From assembly GCA_047967505.1 (NCBI GenBank), contig CM106538.1: 64,000 nt of DNA; one strand, 5' to 3'. Positions 10,450 to 22,791 of the stretch are shown in pieces. The DNA comes from Dipteris shenzhenensis (Eukaryota). Positions within the stretch are counted from its first letter, which is position 1; each line of letters begins with the position of its first letter. Position numbers and translations under genes: made by a program. The notes under the pieces are model-generated. The model was not told the DNA's origin, did not search any database, and saw nothing but the letters and a program-made list of their open reading frames with translations.

Positions 10450-11186
10450 AGACTGGCACTCATCTCTCTTAGGAGAGTTGTGTTGCAATCTTTTTAAATT
10501 GTTTAATATTTATTTTGTATTGTATTTAAGTGTGTGTCTAGACAAGCTGGCACTCATCTCTCTTGCGAGAGTTGTGTGTTGCAGTATGTTTTTGTCTTGT
10601 GTTGCAATTTTAATTATAATATAAATAATTATCTTTTACTTGAGACTGGCACTCATCTCTCTTAAGAGAGTTGTGTGTTACAGTCCAAGCTTAGTGATGT
10701 TTTCATAGATGCTTACTCTGGCACTCATCTCTCCCTTTAGAGTTATGTGTTACAATCTAAGTTTAGAGATATTTTCAAGTACTTAGTCTGGCACTCAAGT
10801 GTCTCTTGATAGTTGTGTGTTGTAGTCTAAGTTAGATATCATGCAACGTTGTATTAGACACTTAGTTTGGCACTCAATTGTCCCTAGATAGTTGTGTGTT
10901 ACAGCCTAAGTTAGAAATCATGCGATGTGCTTTTAGACACTTAGTCTGGCACTCAACTGTCCCTTGATAGTTGTGTGTTGCAGTTGAATCCTATTGTTAG
11001 ATGGTGAAGTCCACGATTAGGCTATACCTAGGTCATTTTTTGTATTTTGATTTTCTATAGTATGTTACATGATTTGAGGCTTGAGCTTGAGTTGAGAGGT
11101 TATACCTAAGTAATTTCTTAGACTGCTTGCATTGATTTTCTTATTACACCTGGCACTAAATTCTTTTTTGAATTCTGTGTTGTAGC
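10450..11186 (+). repeat. Spaced ~38-bp repeat array (8 copies) upstream of kinase 1
   Basis: CTGGCACTCA-N-GTTGTGTGTT(G/A)CA near 10452, 10547, 10645, 10718, 10788, 10867, 10946 and, degenerate, 11150. Confidence 0.85.
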
Positions 11187-11200
11187 TTACTGCATATGAG

Positions 11201-13010
11201 ATGGCTCACGTAGGTGAGAAGAGGAAGTGTCAACAACCTGATCTCACAAAGTCTCAGAGGAAGGTGTTGAAAAACGAGAATGTACACTTCTTAATGAATG
11301 TCGATTAGGACATCATTGAGACAGCTTTCCAAAATGGTGAAAGTGGTGTACAAAATTTGGTGAGGACAATGGTAGCGCATGGAGGGAGGACCTTGTGTGA
11401 TCAATTTCCAGATGTTTTCACAGTAGAGTCTATAGACCAATATCTGTACCACTTAGCGATGGAGGGCCGACGATGCCTCGGTCAAATAGATCGAGACATA
11501 AAATTATGTGACACAAAGTGGGAGGGTCCTACTGTAGATGCCAAGGTCACGTACATCAAGAATGCGTGGCAAGGTTACAAAGGCAAAGGAGCTGCCTCGA
11601 CCTCCCTTCCATCAATGCACCCACGTCCCCAAGCACAGCCGCAACCACAAGCATCAATGCACCCACGCCCCCAATCAGATGCTGCATTACATCCACCACA
11701 ACCACAAGCACTAATCCACCCACGTCCCTAGTCATATGTCGCATTCCACCCAACACAGCCACAAGCACCACTGCAGCCACGCCATGCGTATGCACCAGTG
11801 CATCCACCACAACATGTCGAACCCCGTATCCCTTTTTTCCAATATCTTTCATACCTAGAAGTTCCTCCTCCTTTTTCACATCTCCTAGCACATGCATGAT
11901 CACATTTCACCACATCTTTTGTGCCTCCTATCGCACACGCAGACCAGGTTTCATCTCTCGTATTTTTGCCTGCACCACAAATGCACAATTTATCTGCACA
12001 AGTAGATACATTCCCATCTCCTTCATTCTCGCCTGCACAAGCACCACGCACATCACATGGCTTGTGTGATCATGTAGAAGTGCCAAGACCCATGCGGCCC
12101 ATACTGCTTCAGCAACGAGACATCCGATTCACACCTAGTGCAGTTGTGGGCACAGGTACGAAAGGAACAGTCAACATGTGCAATATTCTTGTCGCTCCCT
12201 TTGAAAGGGACAAGATTTATGCATGTAAGGTGCTGAGGGTTTCTGTGTCCGTGGATGCATTGAAGGCCAGTGCATTGGAAGAAGCCACATGCTTGGGCGA
12301 TGTCGTACATCCGAGCATCATCCGGGCAATAGGTCTAGTCCATGACGATAACCCAATGATACTATTTTCGTTCTAGAATGGAATTGGAAAGATGGGTAAC
12401 CTATCTCGGACATGACAAAAAGCGACCATCTTCGGTGTTTCACAGAGATGATGCGGAAATGCCTGCTAGGGTCCATCAGCATGTATTTGATATTTTAAGT
12501 GCACTAGTTCGCACTATTCATTACATGCACCAACACAATGTCCTGCATAATGATTTGCATGTGCAAAACATTATGCTACACTTCTCGGAGTCATCCGAGG
12601 AGGTGTATCTAGGCATTTGTGATTGGGGAATGATGACCCCATGCAGCACTAGAAAGCACCATCCCGCATTACTCAGTGACAGCCCCAACACTGTGCGAAG
12701 CTCCATTGCTAGGTTTCGTCACGTTGCTCTAGAGTGCCTTTGCACCAATCCCCCACCTTTCGATGTTGCACAGGATGTGTATGCCATGTCTCATCACATC
12801 CTGAAAATCTTGGACATTTGTGCACCATCGCCAAGTACGAGGCCTGCAGAAGCTGTAATCGGGCGTTTGTGACGATTTGCAGTTCAGGGAAAGTCAACCA
12901 AACCGAATAGACGTCCAAGTATTGCAAATTTTTGTGGGGTTTTTGACATTGCTCCAAGATGTGGTATACCGCTCAGTCCAAACCAAGGACTTAGAGCAGC
13001 CAATGACTGA
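11201..13010 (+). pseudogene. Atypical protein kinase with N-terminal NLS-like motif and Pro/Gln/His linker
   Basis: One frame from ATG 11201 (MAHVGEKRK) through ORFs 11357 and 11921, broken by stops at ~11306, 11729, ~11897 and 12374, then a frameshift into 12378-12872. Motifs VGTGTKGTV, YACKVL, HPSIIRAIG, HNDLHVQNIML, ICDWGM, VALEC, DVYA, PNRRP. Confidence 0.85.
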
Positions 13011-13119
13011 GTCTTTCTTGGATGCCAAGATGTAACATGAGTGACCGATCATGGAACTTGTAACATTTTTAGTTTTATATATCATCCACTCCATTGTTCG
13101 AACAATTTGTATATTTACA

Positions 13120-13330
13120 GTGACATGATAAATGATGCGATAAGTAATGTTTAAATATTGTTTGTATAAGTAAATGATGCGATAAAAATGATGATCCAAT
13201 TGTCAAATATGATAAATGATGCAATAATTAATGTTTAACTATTATTTGTATAACTGAATGTTGCGATAAAAATGATGGTCCAATTTTAAAATATGATAAA
13301 TGATGTGACAATAAATATTTAGATATTATT
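13120..13330. repeat. AT-rich tandem repeat containing aaatgatgcgataa
   Basis: About 3 degenerate ~70-bp units between the kinase and ORF2. Confidence 0.65.
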
Positions 13331-13433
13331 TGTATAGGTTTAATATTATTTAATTGTTTAATATTATTTAAATATTTAATATTATTTGTGGTTACAAATT
13401 AATTTTATCTTGTTATCATTTTTTAGGCTAAGT

Positions 13434-14312
13434 ATGCGTATGGAGGGAGATAACTTAGAGAACATTCTCCCACAAGATCCTCCCCAACCAGAGCAACCTC
13501 CAGTCGAAGAGGGCCCACAAGGTGCTTTTGTGCCTCAAGAGGCTAATTTAGCAGACCAGCTAAATCACGCCGAGGCTCAGGCTATCTTACAAGCGCAAAG
13601 AGAGATGCTGGGCAAAGAGGGACTGGGTATTTTTGTTGCTGGTCCAGTGGATGACGATACCATGCAAGGCGACCCGGTCTCTTCTCGACAAATACAGAGA
13701 CTATGCCCATCAGAGTTCGTAAGAAACACCTTGTTTCTTCGTTCAGGAAGTGCTAGGAATAAATATGCAGAGCCCAAGTTGTCAGACTTGCGGCATAAAA
13801 CCCTAGCCCACATCCTTCTCCAACGATTCATAGAGGTGGAAGGAAGCATTCCCAATAACCAACAAATACCCATGTATTTCATCCAACAGGTGTATGTTTA
13901 CGACATCTTGCATCGACGCATGGATTGGAATGACAAGCATCACTTGTTAGGAACAGGAAAGGGGTGTCCTGCAGAGCGCAAGCGAGCAAGGACAGAGAAC
14001 AGAGAGCCCGTGTCTCAGAGACCTCGTGTGCTAACTCCCCATGCACACAGTGTTCTTGTTGACTTGGCCACATCTGCCATACCTCTCCGTCAACAAGGTG
14101 TTACTGCTGAGGAGTTACAAGATCGCGTTGCATCACAAGCCAAAGAGATCGAGGACCTACAAGCACGTGGACAGACGTTGGATTTTGAGCTTGCATGCTA
14201 TAGACAGTCCTCTGGAGATTTGGATGCAGCTGAGGATACTGATATATTTGATTTTGAGGACCTCACTAATATAGATTCAGAGGGTGTAGGACAAGCACTC
14301 AGGGAACAGTAG
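13434..14312 (+). CDS. Intact orphan protein (ORF2 of kinase-hAT unit) with C-terminal coiled coil and acidic tail
   Basis: Uninterrupted ORF, ATG at 13434/13440. Its core (KLSDLRH...FIEVEG...VYVY...MDWNDKH) is similar to 37373-37530. Confidence 0.65.
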   Translation: MRMEGDNLENILPQDPPQPEQPPVEEGPQGAFVPQEANLADQLNHAEAQAILQAQREMLGKEGLGIFVAGPVDDDTMQGDPVSSRQIQRLCPSEFVRNTLFLRSGSARNKYAEPKLSDLRHKTLAHILLQRFIEVEGSIPNNQQIPMYFIQQVYVYDILHRRMDWNDKHHLLGTGKGCPAERKRARTENREPVSQRPRVLTPHAHSVLVDLATSAIPLRQQGVTAEELQDRVASQAKEIEDLQARGQTLDFELACYRQSSGDLDAAEDTDIFDFEDLTNIDSEGVGQALREQ

Positions 14313-14392
14313 ATGTGGATCCTACTACATAATTATGTACATTGTAAACTTCATATATAACTTTATAATACTCTTCTTCTGCAACGATGGTT

Positions 14393-14782
14393 CAAGTGAT
14401 ATAAGTGAGTTAAGTGGACTAAGTGATTTAAGTGGTATAAGTGATCTAGGTAGACTAGATGATTTAAGTGACTTAGTGATTTAAGTGGACTAAGTGATTT
14501 GAGTGATCTAAGTGAATTAAGTGGTATAAGTGATTTAAGTCGACTAAGTGATTTAAGTGGTATAAGTGATCTAAGTGGACTAGGTGATTTAAGTGATTAA
14601 AGTGATCTAAGTGAACTAAATGGTATAATTGATTTAAGTAATTTTCTATGGAATTAAGTGATCTAAGTGAATTAAGTGGTATAAGTGATTTAAGCAGACT
14701 AAGTGATTTAAGTGGACTAAGTGATTTAAGTAAACTAAGTGGTATAAGTGATTTACGTGGTTTTCAATGGATTAGGTGGACT
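14393..14782. repeat. 10-bp minisatellite (AAGTGATTT/AAGTGGACT/AAGTGATCT variants)
   Basis: More than 30 degenerate taagtg(a/g)nnn units. Confidence 0.9.
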
Positions 14783-15199
14783 TGTAAAGTTAATGCAGAA
14801 ATATTAAAATATATCGACGTGAATTAGTGCACATAATAGCTAGATCGACCCTTGAGACTTGAAAATATAAACTTCGATTGCGAATATTCGATTATTCTTT
14901 CCAACTTTCTGATATTCCCTTCGATGTTGCCTTGAAAGTATTTGCAAGTCACAAGGTTGTCTCTAACTATTATGTATACCAAAATCATCCACAATCTCAA
15001 TAATTACAACACAACATCGCTTGTAGCCCACAAGGTTCTAGATTTCAATACAAAAGGAGACGAGCATATGCGCGCTCCCATCGCTTGACATATTCTCCCA
15101 TCCATCCCCTCGCATACAACATTATATCCGATATAATTAGAGCTTCATCCACCGCTTCTATTACCTATCATATTCTTCTATCACTCTATATTGCATTCA

Positions 15200-16370
15200 A
15201 CACAGGCACAATATCGTCTATCTCTTCGACTTCGCTGTTGTCACTGTGAGTAGCTCAAGCTCATCTTCCTCTTCATTGAATGCACCCTCAACAAATAATT
15301 CTGTAGTCAATCGTTGTCCAACAATTCTCATTACAACGGCTTCGCTTGCTGCCCTAGCCGCAACGTTAAATCCTTTCAGCAATCATAGATTTCCAAAGCA
15401 AAATACCAAATCTGTAGCTCTTGATGGCTTTAAGCGATTGCGTCTCTTAGAATGAATAAAATCGTAATGCACTCCAATTTCGCTCACATGCACCTGATGA
15501 TGTAGCAACAGAGAGCACACGAGTTGCAACATGCTGTAACTCCAATTTCTCTCCACCATATTCCTTCCACTAAGTAGGTGCAATAGTCATCTTAATAGCA
15601 TCAAGATTCCAAGGATCTCCAAAAGAGCCTTCGTGATTCGTATATCTCACTCGTTGTTGGTAGGCCAGTTTTCCTTGATCTCCAGGAAGTAACTTTTTAC
15701 AAACCTCTCGAAAGTTTCTTATGACTTCAGGATTCTGTGATTGAGCATGCATTTGATATTGTGGATGTACTGCAAATGCAGCTCCATGCAAAGGGGTGTG
15801 CATTTGCTTCCATCTCTTATCATCCAAATATACCACTTGTTGCTTCTCCCTAGGAGCAAAGCGCATAAATTCTTTAACTTGTCGTATTGCTTCTGACATC
15901 TTCCAATACACTTTACCCATAACAAAGGCATCAGCATCAACCATCCTCAATACTGTTACAAATGGTTCTAGACCTTCTTTTATTCTTTCAACATTTTTCT
16001 AGAATAGAGATGATTGTACAAGATGTACACATTTAGAGCCTGGTATTGCACACTGCATCTTTTTTTCTAGCCAATTCGCCCATCGTCTATCAGCAATAGT
16101 CTCGCTTGACACACTTCCAACAATCTAGCAAGAACTAGAAAAGAAGTGGCAAATCTAGTTTGACAAAATTGCCTGAGTTGCTTGACAGAGTGCTCTCTGA
16201 ATACTGCATGCAAGTATTGATGACTCTTTGTAAAACTCACTACAACGTTAGCATCTTGCAGTACAGGTTGCACAAATGGTAATCGTCCAATATCCTTCAA
16301 CAATAAGTTGAGAGTATGAGCGCCACATGGCACCCATGTCAGAGTGGGATACTTTGCCATGACCATCTCA
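15200..16370 (-). pseudogene. hAT transposase (DUF659-type), C-terminal two-thirds
   Basis: WVPCGAHTLNLLLKDIG (CxxH), QTRFAT, RWKQMHTPLHGAAFAVHP, and the dimerisation region ...ACERNWS...RRNRLKPSRATDLVF. Confidence 0.88.
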
Positions 16371-19300
16371 CCTGCACATGCATGTGCGTGCATGTGCGCA
16401 TGCACACACATTTTTTTGTGAAATCACACACGCTAGCATGACTACATGCACACACACACATTTTACTCCAAAAAAATCACACACACACATGCACACATCT
16501 CCCTGACTCTAACCCCAAAACCACCACTTTGTTGTAAGTTGGATAGATTTTAAAAAACACCATAAAGGTAATCCATTCATACACAACACACACACAAACA
16601 CACATTAATGTAGCTCAATAATTGTATCTCACTTTCTCTCTATCACACACACACACACACACACACACATATTTTTTTTTAATGAATTGTTTCTTGCACA
16701 AGTATACATTCTCTCCCCCACAACCCCCAGCCCTTGTCTTTTTGGCCTCTCTTGTCTTTACATAACCCCCCTAACTTTGTCCCTCCAGTATGTAATCACT
16801 ATCCTAACTTCCCTCCCCCTAATATTTCTATTCTAAGAATGATTTAATCCTTGGTTTATAAGCCCCCCTACCATCTGTTTTATTTTGTCTCTTATTTCCC
16901 CCTTTTTTATTTTTTATAATTCATTTTATACCTTTAACTAACCTTTTTCTCCCTCCCTTTTCTTTTATTTCATTCCCTCCCCTCTTACACTTTTTTAACA
17001 CTAATATTTAGTAATGATTTTTTCCTACTATAGAATATTATTAATAGTTTATTCTTTTTTTCTTATTAGCACTTTTTAGGTTCCCTTTCCCCCATCCCCA
17101 AACCCCAACCTCACCCACCTCTTTGTTTTTTAATTGACATACTGTAATTTTCTCTCTTCCCCCTTATTTAACCTCTAAATTTGATTATACCCGTTGTTGA
17201 TGCTAATTAACCCCCTTAGTACTTAAACACACTTACACTCACACTTATATAATAAAAAGCATTCAACATGCACACTTATCTAATCCTAGAGCCCATAATT
17301 TTATTAACCACCCCTTTAACCCTTTATATGTGGCATATACCCCCCTACCCTATCTCTTTTTATGATACCCAATTTACTATTATATTTTGCTACATCCCTA
17401 AGCGAACTTTAACGCTTTCTTGTTGCACCGCCTTTTCTCTTGCTCACGACGACTATTTACTTCCTTCTTTTTATGTGGCCTATCGCTCTTCTCGTTTACT
17501 TCCTCCTTCTTAGCTTTGTGCGCAGCTCCTCCAACTTCTTTTCAAACTTGCTGGCTTCTCTTAAAAGTACATGGCATCGTCTTGTAACTACTCTCTTGGA
17601 ACTACAAGCTCAGGTCGCTACTCTTCTACAACCACACACACACGTACTCGGTTGATCTTGGTTATCCTTCTCGTATGCTATCCGCTTACACGTACTTGGT
17701 TATCCGCATGCTTTTTCATTTGCTGGCTTTGCTTTTGCTTACTGCATCTCTTCTGATTTTGAAGCTCTCCTCACAGCTTTTGCTTCTGCTACTTCTGCGA
17801 TCGTACATGCTCCGTTGTTCTTCTCACGTCCTTTTACAAGTCATTTCAGTTTCACTGCCTACATTTGTAAGATTGTAGTGTCATGGAGAACTTTACCGAG
17901 TCTTGATGTTATTCTGTAACAGGCTTGTTCATTGTCTTTATACGTCACTTACGCAGGTTCTTATTGTGCTAGAGACTGCTGGCTCTACTGCCTTTCCACA
18001 TTTTGAGTTCTATTTTTAAGCACTGCTTTTCACGGATGTTGGTCTACTAATTACTCTTACACAAGTCTGCGGATCACCCCATGCTTTGGTCATTGCATGG
18101 CTTTTGAGCTCACCGACTTCTGAGCTTCACTTTGTGCTTGTGTAAACCTGTGTGTGTACTTGAAGCTAGCTGACTTTTTTAGGTACACCTGGTTCGCCGT
18201 TTTGTTCTTGATGTTCTTTAGTCTGGCGCATGGTTTCGGTATGCCCACCTCAGAACTGTCGGCCTTACATAACCTGCGCTTCCATTCAACCTCTTCTTTC
18301 TTGCAACTTACAAGGCTCCTTCTCACCACCTTTTGCTGTTGCCTCATTAGTCTAGTCTTCCGCCCTTGATCCTTGCAAACTTTGTATTATTACGTGAATA
18401 AGATCTTAGTATACGCATTTAGATCTTGGCTTTGTAATTAGTTCGTATTCTACGCCTTCTCCTGATCTCATCTATTGCGTAGTTAGTGCATGATTTCTCA
18501 TTATTGCTGCACGGGTTGCCTAGACTACCCCCTTGGCTCAAACCCTAATAGGCGCAGCTTAAAAGCTTTCCTCTCAGCCCTTGTTTGACACCTAGGGCCC
18601 CTCATTTTGCCTTTTATTATTATATGTTCTACCTTTATATATGTTTAAAATATATATACTCTTATAGTTATAATGATACTCTTATGTAGTTACATATATG
18701 TATATATATATTGATATATATATTTATTTCTTTTTTTCATAAAAATTCTTTTATTTTCCCTTCACGTCATTGGCCTCCAAACCCCTTCTATAGGTTTGGG
18801 TGAAAACATATATGTATTTCCTTATTTATACACTTCTATGTTTGTTTTCATATTTTCTTTATAAGGTTATGTCTTTTGTATTTTATATATTGATGCTATT
18901 TATTTCCTTAAATATACACATCCATTTATTATTGTCTAAATCTTCTTATATAGATATGGCATTTTTTTAAAGGCATGGTACAATTGTTAGCCATCAGATT
19001 TTGTACGCTTCCTTTTTTTTATAAATATATATATAGATTTAAGCTTTTCCCTCTATCTATGATTTTGTTTTTATTTACTTTTGTTGACTATATATTCAAT
19101 TATATATTGATATATGTTTACTTTTTGTCCTTTCCTTTATGATTATGTATATATATGATAAGAATTATTTTACATTTTTGCTATCACGTACTAAAATCTC
19201 ACCCTTTTAGTAATGATGTTTGTGTAATTTTTTAAAAATTAAGAGAAGCTATAATGCAAAATAGGATTGAGCATTAATGAACTATTCTAAAAGGAGCTTA

Positions 19301-19763
19301 ATTATTTATTGTGTCTTCTACTCTTCCATGTTGATGCTCTGCTTTGTAATTAAAGCTTTCAATTTTTATATTTCTACATTAATTTTTCATTTTTTCCTTA
19401 ATTATCCTTCATGGGAATGGAGTACCCCCCATCTTTAATCCATTTGATTTGTTTGGGAAGCGGATTACTCCCCTTCTGTAAACTAATCTATTCATGCATT
19501 TCTTCACTCTTGGGTGATTACCCTCCTTAAGTGTTTTTCACAATTCGGAATACTTTACAGTGAAAACCCCCGTTATGTTCTTAAATTACTTTAGGCCCCT
19601 TTTTTAAAAAAGAATTCTGAAAGGTTTGTGCATGTTCTTTGGTAAAGCGATAACAAGCCAGGGGATACATGCATTACCTGTCTACCCAAATTCAAGTTCA
19701 TTGTTCTAACAACTAGTTGGTTTGGATGGTGGCAGAGGTAAGTGGACCTCAAACTCAATATAA

Positions 19764-20220
19764 AGAAAAATTCTTTTGCCAGCTCGCCTATTTTCTTTTT
19801 TATAAAAGTTTTGGATTGCAATATTGTCAAAAGATACTTCAATTTAGTTTTATTTATTTATATTTTCCAACCAGTGCTTTTTGATCCAAATGATTGAATT
19901 AATTGTATGGTTCATTTATTGATGGGATTATTAAATCTAAACACACACACTGATCTCCCAACTAGTCTTTGGTCGAGCTAGTACCATACAAATAATTCAT
20001 TATCATTGGATAATTTTAAGCATGTTAAATATTTGTCTTTAGAAAAATTCTTTTGCCTATCCTCCTTTTTTCTTTTTTAAATAAAAGTTTTGGTTTTCAA
20101 TATTGGTAAAGGGTACTTCAATTTAGTTTTATTTTTCCAAACGAGTGCTTTTTTATCCAAATGGTGGAATTAATTGTATGGCTCATTTATTGATGAGACT
20201 ATTAAATCTACACACACACA
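19764..20220. repeat. Local duplication of ~185 bp (19764-19950 and 20041-20220)
   Basis: Both copies run agaaaaattcttttgcc...cttcaatttagtttt...gaattaattgtatgg...ttaaatcta-(ca)n. Confidence 0.8.
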
Positions 20221-21091
20221 TGTGAAGAGAGCTTATTCCATGAGATCTAGATATGAGCTTTATGTGGTATGTCAATATCAAGTTGACTTGTTGATCATAT
20301 CATCATTTTGTAGCCCACTTGCCACTTAGTGAGGATAATGGAAAATTTTATTACCTAGAAGATGAGAAGAATCAGAAAAAATCTAATGTGATCCTCATGT
20401 ATTGTCATTAAGTGGGTTCACTTTTAATCATTATGAATTTGCACGTGTTTACTAATTTCCTCTCTTTTTTGTTATATTTATTTTACCTTGATACTTTTGT
20501 GGGTGTGCCTTTAAGAGAAAAGTTACCCATAGTTTCTTGTATTATGGTATAGTTGATGATAATAGGATGTCTCAAAACTCACTATGCTACCAAGTTAAGA
20601 TCCCTTTTACAAATGTGCCTCAATATGAGTGATGTACCTCAATTTGTGTGATGTATTACAAAAGGACAAGGTCACGTTTTAGGGATTTTCAATTGTCATT
20701 CATAATTGACAAACACTTTTACCATAAGAAAAACGTGCTAGCAAAAAGGGAAGGTAAGGACACAATAAAGGAAGAGGATATGGTGCATGAAAGGGAATTG
20801 AAAGGATGGAGAGATGCGTTGAGGACTCCTTGAATAGACTTGTTGACTAATTGGAAGGGAAAGAGGGGTTGGTGGTGGTAGTGGTGGCTCCATGTGCTCG
20901 ATGGGCATGATGAAGGGTTGACATAGAAAGAAGATGACATTGCACGATAACCATATAAGCCAAGCTTCGATCAAAGGTGGGGGCCTAGGTGGTGGTGGCT
21001 AGTTAGTGATGTCATAGTGTAAGCATTCGGCCTTGGAATGTCAATTATGTATGAATGAGATTGGGATGTGTGTGTGTGTACATGCGTGCAC

Positions 21092-21092
<1 letters not shown>

Positions 21093-21125
<33 letters not shown>
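21093..21125. repeat. (TC)n microsatellite
   Basis: Direct observation. Others: (CA)n ~16644-16669, (TA)n ~22024-22051, (TC)n(AC)n ~37948-38003, (GA)n ~62287-62318. Confidence 0.95.
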
Positions 21126-21127
<2 letters not shown>

Positions 21128-22022
21128 CTCATTATCAAATTACAGCAAATGAAAGCCCCCTCCTTAAAGCATGGAAACCCCTAGTAATGCCTCAGTCCCT
21201 TCAAAGACACCTCAGGCATCATCTATCACACAATATCGTGTTCAGATTGCACAACCAGCCCATTTCAGAGCTTTTGCATTATGGGTCTTTTGTGTCATGT
21301 GCCCTTTCAGTGACTTGGACCACATCCTATATCTTCTACGTGAGGCATATATGTTTTTGTTTGTGCTGCACACACCCTCTCTAGATATATATAAATGTGT
21401 GACATATATTCATACGTATTTATATGTATATGGGGTCGACTTTGAGAGTGGGGGATCTTCCATCATTATCCTCGAATTCATATTGACCGTTAGGTGGTCA
21501 GAGGTTAGGGTCCAGAGATGGGTTGGATGGTAGTAACGGTGGTACCAATCGTACCCTCTCCTTGTTCAAAAACCCACCGTTGTGCCCAGTCGGAACAAAA
21601 GAAGTGAAAATGAACGAAAATTAGTTGCTTGATGTAGGAGATTCCCAGGTAGAGCTACCAATCATAACATCTCTGTGGAACTCACGCACACACTAAACAC
21701 ATACACCCGTTTTGATCACCAGGCCAGAGCACGAGGGTACAAAAAAAATGTAAAATTCAAAAAGTGTATTGTTGATTTACCAAGCAACTGGGCAACAATG
21801 GCCCTGTGAGTTTTCACATAGTGTGACAATAGAAAAGTGTGTACACACTGTAATTGCCATGTATTGAATCTTTACTTGGCCAGCACTAGAGCGTTTTACG
21901 AAACTTTAAAATCCTATGAAGCCATGTGGCACATTCTAAGCCGGTAGATCAAGTGGCCTATTACTAGCTACTTACAATATTCTTAGCAACTGGCCAAGCA
22001 TTCTAGTTTACTTTCTATTTCG

Positions 22023-22054
<32 letters not shown>

Positions 22055-22791
22055 CTCTTTTTTTTTTTTTAAGAACATGAAAATTTTTATTATAAAAAAA
22101 TAGTGTATTGTTTTTGTGTTGTACTGAAATTGAAAGTGCGAACAAAGTCTCCATAGGGGGTGACCGAGATAGGATCGAGAGATGCCGGGGGACGTGAGCG
22201 CAAGATTGGGACCGACACGAGGAAGTCGGGTGGACTTTTTTTATAAAAAACAAAGAAAGTGTGTTGTTGACAAAGGAGAAATGAAATGAAGATGAAGGGG
22301 CGAAATGAAATGAAATGAAATGAAAGGAGAGGCGTAATGAAATGAAAAAGGTTCCAAGCTTCGCCATAGCCATCCATAGCCATCAATAGAGAGCTCGCCA
22401 TCGCCATAGCCAGCAACCTCCGAGCTCGCCATAGCCTCCTCCTCCTTTCCTCCTCTCTCCCTCCCTCCCTCCCCCGCCATGCATTCCCTTCCCCCCCCCC
22501 CTTCCGTCGCCCCCTTTCTTCCTTCCCCCCTTCCCATTAGCGCTCCCGTCTTCCCCCCTTCTTCCCGCTCGCCCTTCGTCTCCCTTCAACATCCGCGGCG
22601 TCCTACTACTACCCCCTTGACGGCCCTTCATCCACCACAAAATTCAAGGTGAGCAGGACTTCACCGATTCGAATATCTCTGCGTCGCGACCCTCTGAAGT
22701 ACGGGAGCTCAAGACAACGCCTTGGTGGCTTGAGCCTGAGAACTTGTTGTAATTACCGAGCGAAGTGTAGTCGCCAGCAACCTATTCGATC

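Larger units (their letters stand above)
9988..16370 (-). mobile_element. Kinase-carrying hAT transposon, copy 1 (truncated at the transposase 5' side)
   Basis: Candidate terminus TAAGTTGCATTAA at 9988 followed by subterminal palindromic repeats. Encloses a repeat array, kinase, orphan ORF and hAT transposase. The other end and a TSD were not found. Confidence 0.6.

Noticed and set aside
10450-11186. CRISPR array
   Set aside because: Eukaryotic context, no cas genes, repeats drift progressively, and the later spacers are homologous to each other.
16400-19600. Genes in the pyrimidine/AT-skewed region
   Set aside because: Only short low-complexity ORFs with no domain. Likely heavily decayed repeat or low-quality sequence.
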